Both the position numbers and the translations under genes were made by a program. From the human T2T-CHM13v2.0 reference genome, Homo sapiens: DNA of 64,000 bases. Below the pieces are notes generated by a model. The model ran no database searches. It saw only the letters and a program-made list of their open reading frames with translations, and was not told the DNA's origin. The stretch lies in NCBI RefSeq assembly GCF_009914755.1, contig NC_060925.1; one strand, 5' to 3'. Positions 14,680 to 28,799 of this stretch are shown in pieces. Position 1 is the first letter of the stretch. The number at the start of each line of letters is the position of its first letter.

Positions 14680-15110
14680 CAAATGGCTTTTGTTGTGTAA
14701 TAAGTCACCCCAAAACTTAGTGCTTCACAACAATTGTGTGCTTGGCTCACATTTCCAGGAATTGACAATTTTGCACTAGATTCGGTTGATTTAGATCTGG
14801 GATTATTCACATGTCTGCTGTTTGCTTTAGCCTGGGGCCTCAGTTCTTTTCCACATGATGTTGTGTCCTCCAACTGGCTAGCTCAGGCTTTCTCATATTC
14901 TGTAGTGTTCCAAGAAAATAAGAGAGAGAACAGAGGAATGCTTAAGCACCTTTCTATCCTCTGTTTGTGTTACATTTGCTAATGTCCGACTGGCTAACAC
15001 ATGTTAAATATCAACCAGATTTGTCTCTTGAAGAAACTGCAATGTAACATTATAAGGTCATAAATGTAATTAGGGAAAGAATTTGGGGCCATTTTTACAC
15101 TCTACCAACA
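14680..15110 (-). mobile_element. Old MaLR LTR (MLT1H/I-like)
   Basis: ttgttgtgtaataagtcaccccaaaacttagtg ... gaatttggggccatttttacactctaccaaca. Confidence 0.72.
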
Positions 15111-15526
15111 CTGAGGGGCAAAAAATGGAGACTCTTGGGAAAGCCAGATGCCATTTCATGTACTTTGTCAATCAAGCATATATCTGCATATATTAAAAAT
15201 GTAAAGTCCAATTCCTTTTCTTTGGATCTCTTTCCCTTGAGATTTAAGAAGTTTGCAGGTGTCTTATCATGTCCCAGGGGCCATTTCTTGCTATCTCTAA
15301 CTCTGCTGAATATAAAACTAGGGTGTACCTTCTTGAGGTTAGAAAGTCTCTACAATCTCTGTTTTTTTTTAAAAAAAAAAAAAGGAAAAAAAAAAGAAAA
15401 AAACCTGTCCTTCACCAACACCGAACACTCATAGTTTTAACACAGCTTCCATGCACAAAGAGGGTCTTTGCTTTCCATTGCTTGACTATTGCACGATGCC
15501 ATTGCAAAGTAGATGGAATTGAGCTA

Positions 15527-16010
15527 TGACAGGTCTCAGGACACCCTATTCCAAAATGTGGCACCTTGGCATACTAAATATTTTAAGCTGAAGGAGTTTG
15601 AGAATAGGCAGGGGCAGGAAAGACCCTGACCTTACCCTGAAGCAGGTCATATGTCCCTCATATGAGAGGTGCTCCCCAAATACCTGGCAGAAAGGAAAAT
15701 TTTTATTCTCAAAGACAGAGGGACACCGACAGGAATCCTAACAAACAAGCCTCGCTAACCGCCCTTTAGTTTAATACACTTAGCTTGTACCCTTTTCTCT
15801 TATACTTTTCCATATCTTTCCATTCGCCATCAAATGTAGTATAAAATGCTCAGTTTAACCATTTCTTTGGATCTTCATTTGCTAATGAAGGCATCAAGTC
15901 ACATAAAACTTATATTAAATGCTTTCCTTTTGTTAATCTGTCTTTTGACAAGGAGACCCAGCCAAGAATCTGGAAGAGTGGAAGGAAAAGGATATGTTTC
16001 CTCCTCTCCA
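15527..16010 (+). mobile_element. MER34-family ERV1 solo LTR
   Basis: TG...CA ends and ccaaaatgtggcaccttggcatactaaatattttaagctgaagg. Perfect 4-bp TSD gcta at 15523-15526 and 16011-16014. Confidence 0.85.
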
Positions 16011-16859
16011 GCTATCTGTTCTGATTGCTGCCTCTGTCCTTGCTGCAGAACTTCTTCAAGTTGCAAAGTAAAAAGAAATCAGTGCCTATGCTATCTCAGG
16101 GTGTTTAAACCTAAATTTTCAAATTTGTGCCTGTACTTCCAACATTATATCTTTTTATGTTCACTTACATATTCACCTTACCAGAAAGTAAGCCTGGCCT
16201 CTTACAAATTCAGAACTACCATACATATCTTTTTCACCAGTGTAGCTTCTAGGTAAAGCTCAGGAACTGCATGATGGTTTTATTTTAAGGGCTCTGTTGC
16301 TGTTACCTGTGTTCAGGCCTAGTGCAGGGTCATCCTGGGACATCCCAAAGGGTATGGTAACATTAAATTCAAAGATAAATATGTGGTCTTGATCATTTCT
16401 TACCAGACTTTCCCTAGAATTCCAATGCCTACTTTCTAGGTGCCCTCTCAGCATCTTTTATTTTTCAATGTCTCTCTCTCCCTATACATCTTACAGCCAC
16501 AAAACCAATTAATTACTAAATACCTACATTCTTGGCCACACCATACCACAAAAGTAGAATGGTTTAAGTTATAGAAGAGTTCATGGCAGAGATAAGTGTC
16601 CATGCTAAAGATAAATTATTTAAAACTAGGGGAATTAAGAGAAAGATTTTATGAAAATTATTATTTCATTTTTTCCTTTACTTGAAAAATGTATAATCTT
16701 TGGTTATTAAGAAAAAAATGGGAGAAGCTCTCTGAGTGGATAAAAGTGGAGCAAATGCATAATTACTAGAAGTTCAAGCTGTTTGGGCAGAAGAGAATGC
16801 TGGAGTAGATTGAAACTTAGAGTTTTTAAAGGGAAGAAAGAGGTGATAATTATTGATGG

Positions 16860-17200
16860 TATAAAAAAAGATCTTGTAGTACCTTGAAAGGTAGCCTAAG
16901 AGGTTTAAATTTTTCCATAGGGAGTAATAAAAGTGACAAAATCAGAGATATGGTTTAGAAATATGAATTAGAAAATAGCTTGAAGAGTGTACTCGAGAAA
17001 GGTATGGTTCATATGGAAATGAGCTTTGGGAAAGCTATCAAGGTAGTCCAGGGTAAAAAAACTTTTCAGTTCACTTATTTGCTTAATGGATGTAATAATA
17101 TCTTGTTTACTTACCTTGAAGATTAGAAAAGATAATTCACTATAGTATCCAACACAGTACTTGGCACTTAAAAAGAAGGCTGTAATAATGGTAAATTGCT
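16860..17200. mobile_element. L2 fragment (-) followed by MIR fragment (+)
   Basis: agtgacaaaatcagagatatggtttagaaa...aaggtagtccaggg, then cacagtacttggcactta. Confidence 0.45.
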
Positions 17201-18261
17201 ACTGCAAGTTTCAAATATCCCTATCAGAATATATATCTGGTTTCCAATGGAGTGATTCTAAACTTGTTAAGAGGACAAACTTTTTCTATGCCTTTAATGA
17301 CCCTTTTCCCCCTTTATATTTAACACAATCTAAGTTCTCAGAAAATACTTATTGAATAAGAGGCACACCCACATAGTACACTATTGCTTTTATGTAGAAA
17401 AATCTATAATTTGACATAGATTTAGTTATTCAAATTTTAATATTATACACCTTAAACGTTTTAATTTTATTGCCTTTCTATGCTACTATGCAGGGTTTTT
17501 TACTTCCCTTTATTGTTGGAATTCTCTCACAAATCCAGAGGTTTTTGCAATCTGGAAAATAAAGTCAGAGGGAGGTTTTTATAACTGTCTCATTTTAGTG
17601 CCAAACCACATTTCAGGTTCTAGTTCAATTCATTCTATCGCGGGCCTTCTGCACAGACTCACTTTGCCTCCAGTTACCTGCAGCAGATAAAAATCGAGCC
17701 CCTTGTCTTCCAGCACACGTCTAGAACTGGTCTAGCCTGTTGCTTTCTGTTCTCTCTTCTCTCCTGACTTTCAAGGGCTTCTTGGCTTTCCCAGATTTAT
17801 CTCATTTCTATAATATCCCTGTGTGCACATACTTTTATGACTTTGTCCTTCGTTGTTTTACTTGGATTCCATTTGTTATTTGTTCTCTTTGTCTGTACAT
17901 CACATCCATTACTCTCTGTTTTATCTAGCGCCCCAGATCCACAGGAGCCTTACTAACTGGAAAGCCCTATTGACCTTCCAGTTGATGTAGGGGGATCAGA
18001 CACTGTTAAATACTTTGTTCTGTCTTAAGGCAACAAATGTGAGAAGCGCCAGAATTAAGTCAAGGCTATAGGCAAATGTAAATGCCAATGTAACTTCCAG
18101 AAGAGTGGGATAAGCATGCCCACAGGTGGCACCCAGTAAAGGATGTCGCTTATTAGTTTGTACGCTCTGGGCTTTGGATTGTTGATGGTGATAGTATTTC
18201 AGAGCCTACCAAATCCAAATACGCCTATCTTAGGCTTGTGTATACAATTCAAATATGTTTA

Positions 18262-18550
18262 GAGACTCACTTGCCTACAGAGGCCATGCAGTTATCCTTA
18301 ATAAATAAGATCGCTATTGTGTCAGAAAGAAAATAAAAAGTGGAGAAGACAGTAATAAATCAAGAGGATAATTCCGTAGAGAGCTGCCAGCTACTACTCA
18401 ACTCCAGCTAATTGTTCCATGAGGAAATGCAAGCCTGAATATATGTAATATTCTCAACTTTTTAAAAAGAAGATCAAAATCTGCAGTTTTATATGGCTGA
18501 AGTGTACTTAAGACACTGTAGGACCAGTATTTTGTGACTGTAACCTCTCT
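18262..18550 (-). mobile_element. hAT-Charlie relic (MER103C-like)
   Basis: actcaactccagctaattgttccatgaggaaatgcaagcc...aaaagaagatcaaaatctgcagttttat. Confidence 0.55.
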
Positions 18551-20659
18551 TTTACAATAATAAGAAAATGGAGTAAAATTTTACAAAGACGTTACTCTAT
18601 TCAATTAGGGATATTAAAATTAAATTATGATATAGCATTTACTCAGTAGTATAAGCATGCGTTTATTTACAAAAAATAAATATTATTCAGTGGAATTTGT
18701 TTTTCATTGTCAATTGATATATCTATTACAGCATATTTGGAAAATATTTACCAGATTTATTTTGTATTTCTCCTGAATAATTTTCCCCTATAGCCTGTTC
18801 TTAAGGGCAAGCCAAGAGGCTTACATCTTGGAAAGATGGATATACCAATTAAAGCGATGAAATCATTACTAGATTTTGACTGTCAAATTAGTCATTAAGG
18901 CCACTATGAATTTCTGAGTCCTTTGTTAGACAATTATTCTGGAAAGCTATGCATTACTGAGAGAAAAGAGGATTTTCTAAATTCTTTAAGCTCCATTAAC
19001 ATATCAAGAGCCAATTCTGATAGAGTCAAGCTTGAATAGCCAGTTTTATTCTATGCCAGGTAGAGAAATGAGGTTATGATGTACTAGAAATTCCACCTGC
19101 CAAAATAGAATGCAGAAACTTGACTGAGTTGGATGCAAGAGAATTTCAAGAGAAAATTTTAATGAAAGAAAACAGGTGCTAATATATAATTTTTCCCTCA
19201 AAGAGAATCCTCAAGGTGGTCTGTGAGAGAAATATCTAGATTAAGATGGAGGAACCTGGAAAAAACCAAAACTCTTCTCCAATAACATCACATTGTTTTG
19301 GTACCATATCTAGCATGACAAGCATTTGCTAATACATATGTATTTGAAGCAAATGATCAAAGAGTAGTTGTCTTGTTTCTTCATAGCCTGCACACATCGG
19401 GTTTCTATGTAGAAGATGTGTAGAATGATCAGAAGATTAACATCTTTTGGTCCAGATGAAGAACTCATGGTATACAAGGCCCATGAACCAAGGCTAATGG
19501 TCATGATCTTGAACTTCCACAGCCGATGTCTACAGGATGTCTCTTATGCTGACTGGCACCTTGGATAGGTTAGTGTGGAGTAGGAAAAAACTCTGAAAGA
19601 CTGAACTTTTACCCATTAGAAAGTGGAATCTACTGGCTTAAACCTGAAAAGTCAAGGCTATCCTCACTTGTCAGTTATAAGTCCTTATTCCTTCCATCAC
19701 CATTCAACAGGTTAGGAGCTTAAGAGCAAGATTATATCAATCGAAAATAAAATAGCTATTTTCTTGCACGCCTTAAGAATGATTTGTTAGTTATTGACCT
19801 TACCACATCTCTAAGTAATTAAAGAGCTTCTTAGATAGGGCTAACTCAATTGTTTCTGCTGGGAAATTGAGTTAATTTCCTTTTTATTTTAATTCTTAAT
19901 GGTCTTATGCTTTGCTGCTATGTCCAACACTGGTCTTACCTCATGCTTGTTTGCTATAAGATGTTCCTTTCTAAAATTAAGGCATTTACCACTATTTGGG
20001 GGAAAAATCAACCTACAACAGTCCATATTTCAGATTTCAATTGTCGAATCCTCATCAACATATTTTATAGTTCCAATTGTTCAGTTCTTTGTCACAATAA
20101 ACTAAGAATATTTTATTTCTTCATGTAGTTCTTGGCTGATCATTATATAAATCCTCAGTTTTCTGTCCTTTTTTTCTGTAGTTTGCCTGCAAATACCATA
20201 AAATGAGAGGATGAGGGGAACATAAACTTTTTATTGGTAGTGTGGAGAATAATTTCACATATCAGACTGATTTACAAGTCCCTGTTTAGCATTTCCCTTC
20301 ACTGTGAACTCAAACCAAAAAATGTTTGGTCCAGAAATATGGACTTTATGGTACTTGTATAGTGCCAGGATAAAAAGGCTTGTTTAATAGTAATAACAGA
20401 TTAGGAAGCTCTTATGTTGCCATTTCCTGACAATGTTCTATAGCTATGCCAACATAACATATGACTAAGTTGTGTGTCAGATTGGATGGGAACAGTAAGA
20501 TATTGAGGATGTTTGGGAAAAGCAGCTCTTCAACACTAGGAAACTGTCATGGTAGAGAAAATCTGAGCGGGCAAAAAAAGCAACAAGCTAATGGGCTAAA
20601 TTTATGATCAGGCAACTTACAGGAAAGGAAATTGGAATGAACAAAAGCAGATAAAGAAG

Positions 20660-21670
<1,011 letters not shown>

Positions 21671-24434
21671 TTGATGGAATCAGAAATCCCTCATGATTTT
21701 CAGTTTTGAAAAAAATAGATACGGATTATACTATCTTCCAGCTCTTTCTAAGGAAAATGAATCTTAACTTTGTTATAAGATGAGCCATAGTAATAAGAAT
21801 TCTGCTCCTTTGCTTCATGCCCCAAAGAAACCCGTTCCTAATTCCTTAAAAAGCACAATGAAGGAATTAATGTAGGATTTTTATCTCCATGCCTCTTTGA
21901 AAACTTGGGTAGCTGCTGGCATTCTTACTGCTAAGTAATTAGCTAAGGCAGCTCCTGCAAAGACAAGGCAGGTGCATCCATGTGATGGTGGCTCTGAGTT
22001 GACTTGTCCAACAAGTTGACACTGAATAGCTTGCATAAAACACTTTGCTCTGATGTTATTGCTTTAGAAAAAAAAATTGCTCCTACTTTCATAATCTCTG
22101 AAAACTCATGTAGAATTCAGAACACAAAAAAAGAATATGTGTAAATGGCTTTTAATTAACATAAATTTTGATAATTGTGTTCATGTGGATATGCACTTCA
22201 CCCATCTCTTTAAAATACTTTAAAATGAATGGAAGCAGTATAACTCACTTTCTGAGACCCAAGGGGTTGAGAACAGTATGTGGCATGTTGCAGCTACTTA
22301 GTAAATATTTGTGGAAAGAAAGAGGAACAGAGTAAGAAATTTGTTATGAATAAACATGGAGACCAAAGTTAGATGCAATGCAATCAGCTTCATATTCAGA
22401 AAATGACTTGCATTGTAGTCATAAGCAGTAACACCTAGCCCAGAAAAACATCTTGTAAATTTGTGTGAAGTTCCTCCCAAGCTATGGATCTCTGAAATCT
22501 TAGGTGAAAGAGTGTTTGAAGGATACGTCGTTGGAAGAGAGGCAGAAGAGGAAGCAAAAGCCCTTATATTTAAGTGACGTTCCCCTATGGGGATTGAGTA
22601 TTTTTATTCTTATGCTATGATTGATTGTCTTTGGATGAGAACCCGGGAACACCAAATGTGAAGCAGGGCATCTGAGGTCCAGGGAGCGCACTATTTTTAT
22701 ACTTTACAGAATTGTGAAAATCTAAGCAAAATGACTTCTTGTGACTCACATAATACTGGGCCCAGATTACAGGGACCAGCACTTCCACAGAGATATTTGA
22801 GGCCAAAAATGTAGATAAACCTCATTTTTTGACCCTCTGTAAATATCCCTGGGATAATACAACTCAAACATGCACTTCTTTAACAGTGGGATTTTGTATT
22901 TTCCCATTGCATTGCGACATAACCATGGTATGAGATCAACTGCCTCCAGAGAGCTGAGCATTCACAAAGTCAAATTTCACAGCCCTGTTAATTTCTTCAT
23001 TTCCACATTTTAATCAACATTACACTTAGGAGGAAAAAATACAGTTACCATTATCATCTGAATATCGCTTTATTTTCTCTTTTAGGGTAATTTCGTGCAT
23101 AGTCCCTAACCTGTCATTAAAGTGAATTGAAGTAACACACGAATATAAAATACCAGGAAACCTGGGTATGAAATAGTGGCTTTAAACTTTATTTTTGGGA
23201 AATAAGAGTATTTTCATATTGATATTTTCTAACTTTTTTTTTCTTTCTGCTTGTCTGTTAAGTTAGTGAGCAGGCTGTTGAACAATGGAAATTTTCCATC
23301 TGTAATGCAGAAATACTCTGAGATTTCCAGTCACTGAGTTTTTTCTGCTACACTGTGTGAGTTTTAAAGAGTAACTTACCTTGCCGGTGCCTGTTCCATA
23401 TTAAATTTTATGTATAACAATTAAATTCCCCTCTGAGCCATCTGGTTTATTGGTTGTTTGAATTTACATTCTTCAAGTTGTCCTCCCAATTTACTCATAG
23501 TGGGACCAAATTTTCTCAGCTCGTTTTTCATAAATTCCCTGCATGTAGCCAGTCCAGTAAACTCCCCGCTGAGGTGGCTATAATGTGGCTCATACTTTTA
23601 AAGTTATATTTTCATGCATTATACCCCACAAGGAAATGCATGTAGTTCTACTTCTGTGCATGCAAGTAAATTGGGGCACAATCTACTTTCAGAAAAATCA
23701 CCTTGCTGGAAACTGAGTTTACTCTGAAATTAGTCCCTTTTTCTCTTTTTGTTATAATTGTAATCTGGGAAGAATTCTGTTATATATGTCATAGAGGTCC
23801 TTTATTTATACTTTAAATTGGAACCTGTTCTGTATATATTCATCCAAATAATTCATTTTAAGTAAATGAAAAGAAAAAAGAATTACTTTTCCTCCAAGCT
23901 TTTATTTTAGAAGGTTGGTTAGGTCATCAAATTGAGGGAAAATATCCAAGTTCAAAAATCAAACTTCTTTCTTGTTGAAATGTATATAATTTCTTATTCT
24001 TCATACATTTAAGCTGCATAATAGAATATGCAGCCTAAGTAATACATGAATTCAGTAGAAAGGAAAACTAACCAGACTTTCATGTTAGTAAAACCTGGTT
24101 GAGAGTTTAATATTTCATTAAATATAATTTCAGGTATTTATTTTTGTAATATGTACTTTAAGTGCCAACAACAGCAAATCAATCTCATCTTACATAATTT
24201 ATAGTCTTTCCATGTGTTATATTTTCATTGATTGTTTTATCAACTTTTTAAAACATTTTTTAAAAAGAAAAAGAATCTTTCAAATATGCAGACTATACAG
24301 AATAATTTTGAATTCTATATATTTTTTTCTAAGCATTTAATAAAGCATATTACGTATATATAGATAATACCTATATTTCATATATGTATATTTCATGCAG
24401 ATATGAAATATGTATATACTAAAGCCCTTCAAGA

Positions 24435-24950
24435 AATAATTACTAAACACCACAAATGCTGGGTACTGTGTTAGGTGCTAAGTCTACATTGGTGAATGAC
24501 AGAAACAAAATTTTTTTCCCTCTTGGAACTTCACGCTAGTGAAGGGAGACAAAAAATAAGCAATAAGTATAATAAAACAATTTATACAGTATTTTAGAAA
24601 CATATAAATTCTGTTATATAGGTACAGATGAAAGAGATTGAGGGTTCCAGGGTGGGAGTGGGTTTTCTGTTTTAGCTGGGGTTGGGGAGTCATGGTAGAC
24701 ACATGAAGTAGGAGACTGAGTCTTGTAAATAATGGGGGAAGAAAGTTCCAGGCAGAGCAAAAAAACAGTAACAGGGTCTTATGGTGGGACTATTTTGAGA
24801 CCAGGGAGGAGGACAGTGTGTCTAGAGTAGAGGTGGTCCAGCAATGGAGGGAGACATAGTGAATAAGAATAGAGAAATAAAGAAATGATACAAGTCATGA
24901 ATGACTTTTTAGGCCTTTGTAAAGAGTTTGGGTTTTACTATTAACAAAAA
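24435..24950 (-). mobile_element. L2a 3' fragment
   Basis: gctgggtactgtgttaggtgcta...ccctcttggaacttcacgctagtgaagggagaca...aggcctttgtaaagagtttgggttttact. Confidence 0.75.
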
Positions 24951-25094
24951 TAAGTACAATAATTTTGACTTAGATTTTAATAATATGCCTCATGCTTTTT
25001 TTCTAATCCCTATCTCTTTCCTGAAGCAATCATATCAATAATTCATTGAAGATATTTCTTTTCCTTTTTTATTATTTCACTATTTAAAAAATTT

Positions 25095-25805
25095 ATGACT
25101 TTATTGATGTACAATTGACAAACAATAGAACACATGTATTTAAAATGCACAGTTTGTTAACTTTTGACATATGTGTATGCAGTGAGACCATGAATGCAAT
25201 CAATATAATGACATTTCTACCGCCTCCAAAAGTTTCCGCTTGACTCTTTGTAATCCATTACTCCCTTCACTGTGTCCGCAGGGAAACCCTGAGCTTCTTT
25301 TTTATCATTATAGATTATTTTGCATGTTCTAGAGCTTAACATAAATGGAATTATATAGTAGATACTCTATTTTTGGTCTGTCTTCCTTCCTTAAGGAAGG
25401 AAGAAATAAATTTTGAGACTTATTCGGGTTGTTGCATGTATCATTAGTTCATTGCTTTTTACTGCTGAGTAGTATCCCATTGTATGGGTATAGCATATTT
25501 TGGTTATCTATTCAACTGTTGATAGACATTTGGGCTATTTCCACTGTTGGCTATTGTAAATAAAGCTTCTCTAAACATTGGTATATAAGTCTTTACTTAT
25601 ATGTATGAACATATGTTTTCATTTCTCTTTTAGAAATGGAATGGCTGCAGCATATGTTAGTTATATGTTTAGTATTTTAAGACTCTGCTAAACTATTTTC
25701 CAAAGTAGAGTGCCATCTATCTTACATTCCCACAGGCAACATGTGAAAGTTCCAGTTGCTCCACATTTTTGCCAACATTTTGTATGTTGATGATTTATTT
25801 GCATT
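25095..25805 (-). mobile_element. L1MC1/2-like 3' end
   Basis: tttattgatgtacaattgaca...aacttttgacatatgtgtat...ccaaaagtttcc; ttcattgctttttactgctgagtagtatcccattgtatgg. Confidence 0.8.
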
Positions 25806-27835
25806 ATTTTTATTTTTTCCAGCTTTATTGAGATATAGTAGACAAAAATTTTATGTTTAAAGTATACATGTTTTGCTATAAGTGTACATTGTGAAATGAT
25901 TACCACAATCCAGCCAATGAACATATTCATTACTTCAAATAGTTACCATTTTGTGTGTGTGATGAGAAAATTTGAGACCTACTCTCCTAGCAAATTTCAA
26001 GTTCACAAAATAGTATTACTAACTATAGTCAGCATGCTGTATAGATCTCCAAAACTGCATAACAAAACTTTTAACCCTTTGACCAACATCTCTCCATTTC
26101 TTCCACTCCACTTCTGCCTGCCCCCTGGCAACCATCATTCTACTCTCTGTTTCTATGAGTCCAGCTTTTTTAGATTCATCATGTAGATGAGATCATGTAG
26201 TATCTGTCGTTCTGTACTTGGCCTATTTCGCTTTGCATAATGTCCTCCACATCCATCTGTGTTGTCTCAAATGGCAGAATTTTCTTCTTTTTTAAGGATT
26301 AGTAATATTTCATGTTATATAGACACCACATTTTCTTTATCCATTCATCCACTGATGAACACTTAATTTCATATCTTGACAATTATGAATAATACTGTAA
26401 TGAACATGGGAGTGCAGATATTACTCTGACATACTAATTTTATTTCTTTCTGGCATATACTCAGAAATGAGATTTCTAGATCATGTGGGAGTTCTATTCT
26501 TAATATTTTGAGGAACCTCCATACTATTTTTCATAATGACTATACCAATTTACATTCCCATTGACAGTGTACAAGGGTTCCCTTACCTCCGCACCTTTGC
26601 CAACACTTGCTATAATGTTTTTTGATGATAACCATTTTAACATACATTAAGTGATATATCTTATTGTGGTTTTGATTTTCATTTTCCTAATAATTAGTGA
26701 CACTTAGTGTTTTTTCATATACCTGTTGGTAATTTGTATGTCTTCCATTAATAAGTGTCTATTCAGGTCTTTGCTCAGTTTCAATGTGGTTGTTTCCTAG
26801 CTATTGAGTTTAGTTCCTTATATACTTTGGATTTTAAACTTTTACTTGATGTATGGTTTATAAATATTTTTTTCCACTCCTAGGTAAGTTGTGTCTTCTC
26901 TCTGTTAATTATTTCCTTGGAGCACAGAATAATTTTTAGTTTCATGCAATCCCATTTGGCTATTTTTGCTTTCACTACCCATCCTTTTGGGGTCATATCT
27001 AAAAATTCAGTTTACCCAAAGCATTGCCAAGAAGCTGTTCCCCTGTGCTTTATTCTAATAGTTTTACAGCTTCAGGTTGTAAATTTAAGTTTTTAATCCA
27101 TTTTGAGTAGTTTTTTAAATATGTTATAAGATAGAGTCCAGTATCATTCTTTTGCATGTGGATATTCAGTTTTCTCAACATCATTTATTGAAGAGACTGT
27201 CATTTCTCCGATTGTGTGTTAATGACAACCTTGTGGAAAATCAGTTGGCTGGAAATGCATGAATTTATTTCTGTGCTCTCTGTTCCATTCGTCTATATGT
27301 CCATTTTTATGCCAGTGCCATACTCTTTTGTTTACTATGGCTTTGTAGCATATTGAAGTCAGGTAGTGCAATACCTTCAGCTTTGTTCTTCTTGCTCAAG
27401 ATTGCTCTGTCTATTCCAGATATTTTGTGGTTTCATATGAATTTTAGGGTTGTTTTTACTATTTCTGTGCAAAATGCCATTGAGGTTTTAATAGGAATTG
27501 CTTTGAATATGTAGATAATTTTAGGTACCAGAAAAATATTAATTTTGTAATTCCTGAACATTTTCCATTTATTTGAGACTTCTTCAATTTCTCTCATCAA
27601 GGTTTTATTGTGCTTAGTGTATGGACCTTTCACCTCCTTGGTTAAATTTATTCTTAGTATTGTATTCTCTTTGATGCTAATAAAAATTGATTTGGTTTCT
27701 TAATTTGTTTTTTGGATAGCATATTGTTATTATCTAGAAACACTTTTTCTTTGTATTTTGGTTTTGTATTTTGCAAATTTACCTAATTCATTTATTAGCT
27801 CTAATAGTTTTTATGATTAAGTCTTTACTTTTTTT
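25806..27835 (-). mobile_element. L1MA8/9-like 3' UTR plus ORF2 3' part
   Basis: cagctttattgagata...atagttaccattttgtgtgtg...agcaaatttcaag. Minus-strand ORF 27433-27633 resembles ORF2 (IYIFKAIPIKTSMAFCTEI.KT.LKFI). Confidence 0.88.
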
Positions 27836-28799
27836 GTACAGAAACAAATAAACTAGACTCAAAGCACCGATTTTTATCATTCTTCTTCTTATTTTATTGT
27901 CATTATTATTATATTAAAGAGTGAGTTTTCTAGTTCTAAGTGTAACATGAAATTATTGACTATACAGTCTTCTTATATCTTTTCCTATTTGAATGTTTGT
28001 TTTTTTCTTATTTGTATGACCTCTGCTGCATATCTTCTAAATATGAATCATTTTTAGTCAAAAGTGTGTCATAATCTTCTTCTAGTCTCTTGTATTTTAA
28101 ATTAGTTTATGGTATTTATTTCTATCTTTTTGTTAGATTGACTTTCATTATCCCCATGTAAAGTTTAACAATTTTTAAAATATATTTCTATATCTTGTTT
28201 TAAATATTCTTTCTATTCTGAGGTAAAAAACATAAAACAAACTGTCGATGTGTTCATAAAAGTGTTGAATGTTTTTTCTCCTCTCTCCCAGACACTGAAA
28301 GTTTTGAATTTTCTTCCTCATTTAGGCTATTAATATGTAAGGAGTTTATCTAACTTTTTATTTCTTTTCCATGTAAAAAGCTGGTTTTCCTAACCACTTT
28401 GAAGGGTCCTTTCCCCAGTGATTTCCAATGTCACCTCTCATTTACCCAGGTAGTTGTTTTGTATATGACTGACCGTTTTGTTTATGAAGTTTCTGTGGGA
28501 AGAAAATCTTCTTTATCTTTGTAGCCATACTAATTAGCACGGACCAGTTAACAATAAAATCTTTCAAAATGGAATGTCATTTGAACTGGAGCTTGACAGA
28601 AATGGTACAATTCTCCAAAAGCACATGACTGGGTCATGAGATTTTATCAAACTTGGTTTAGAAATATTTCTTGAAAGCAAATATAAATATAAGAACTATT
28701 TTCCTATCTACTATACCACTCTAAATTTCTTAGGGGCTTACATTTTCAATTTATGTTTGAACAACTATTAAACATAAGATCTTCATGTTAAAATTATTT

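Noticed and set aside
15362-15403. T9 followed by an A-rich run, resembling a terminator or retrocopy tail
   Set aside because: No upstream element or TSD found; simple mononucleotide runs.
15846-16256. 136-aa Cys-rich ORF
   Set aside because: It starts inside the MER34-type LTR and has no recognisable domain or splice context; likely chance.
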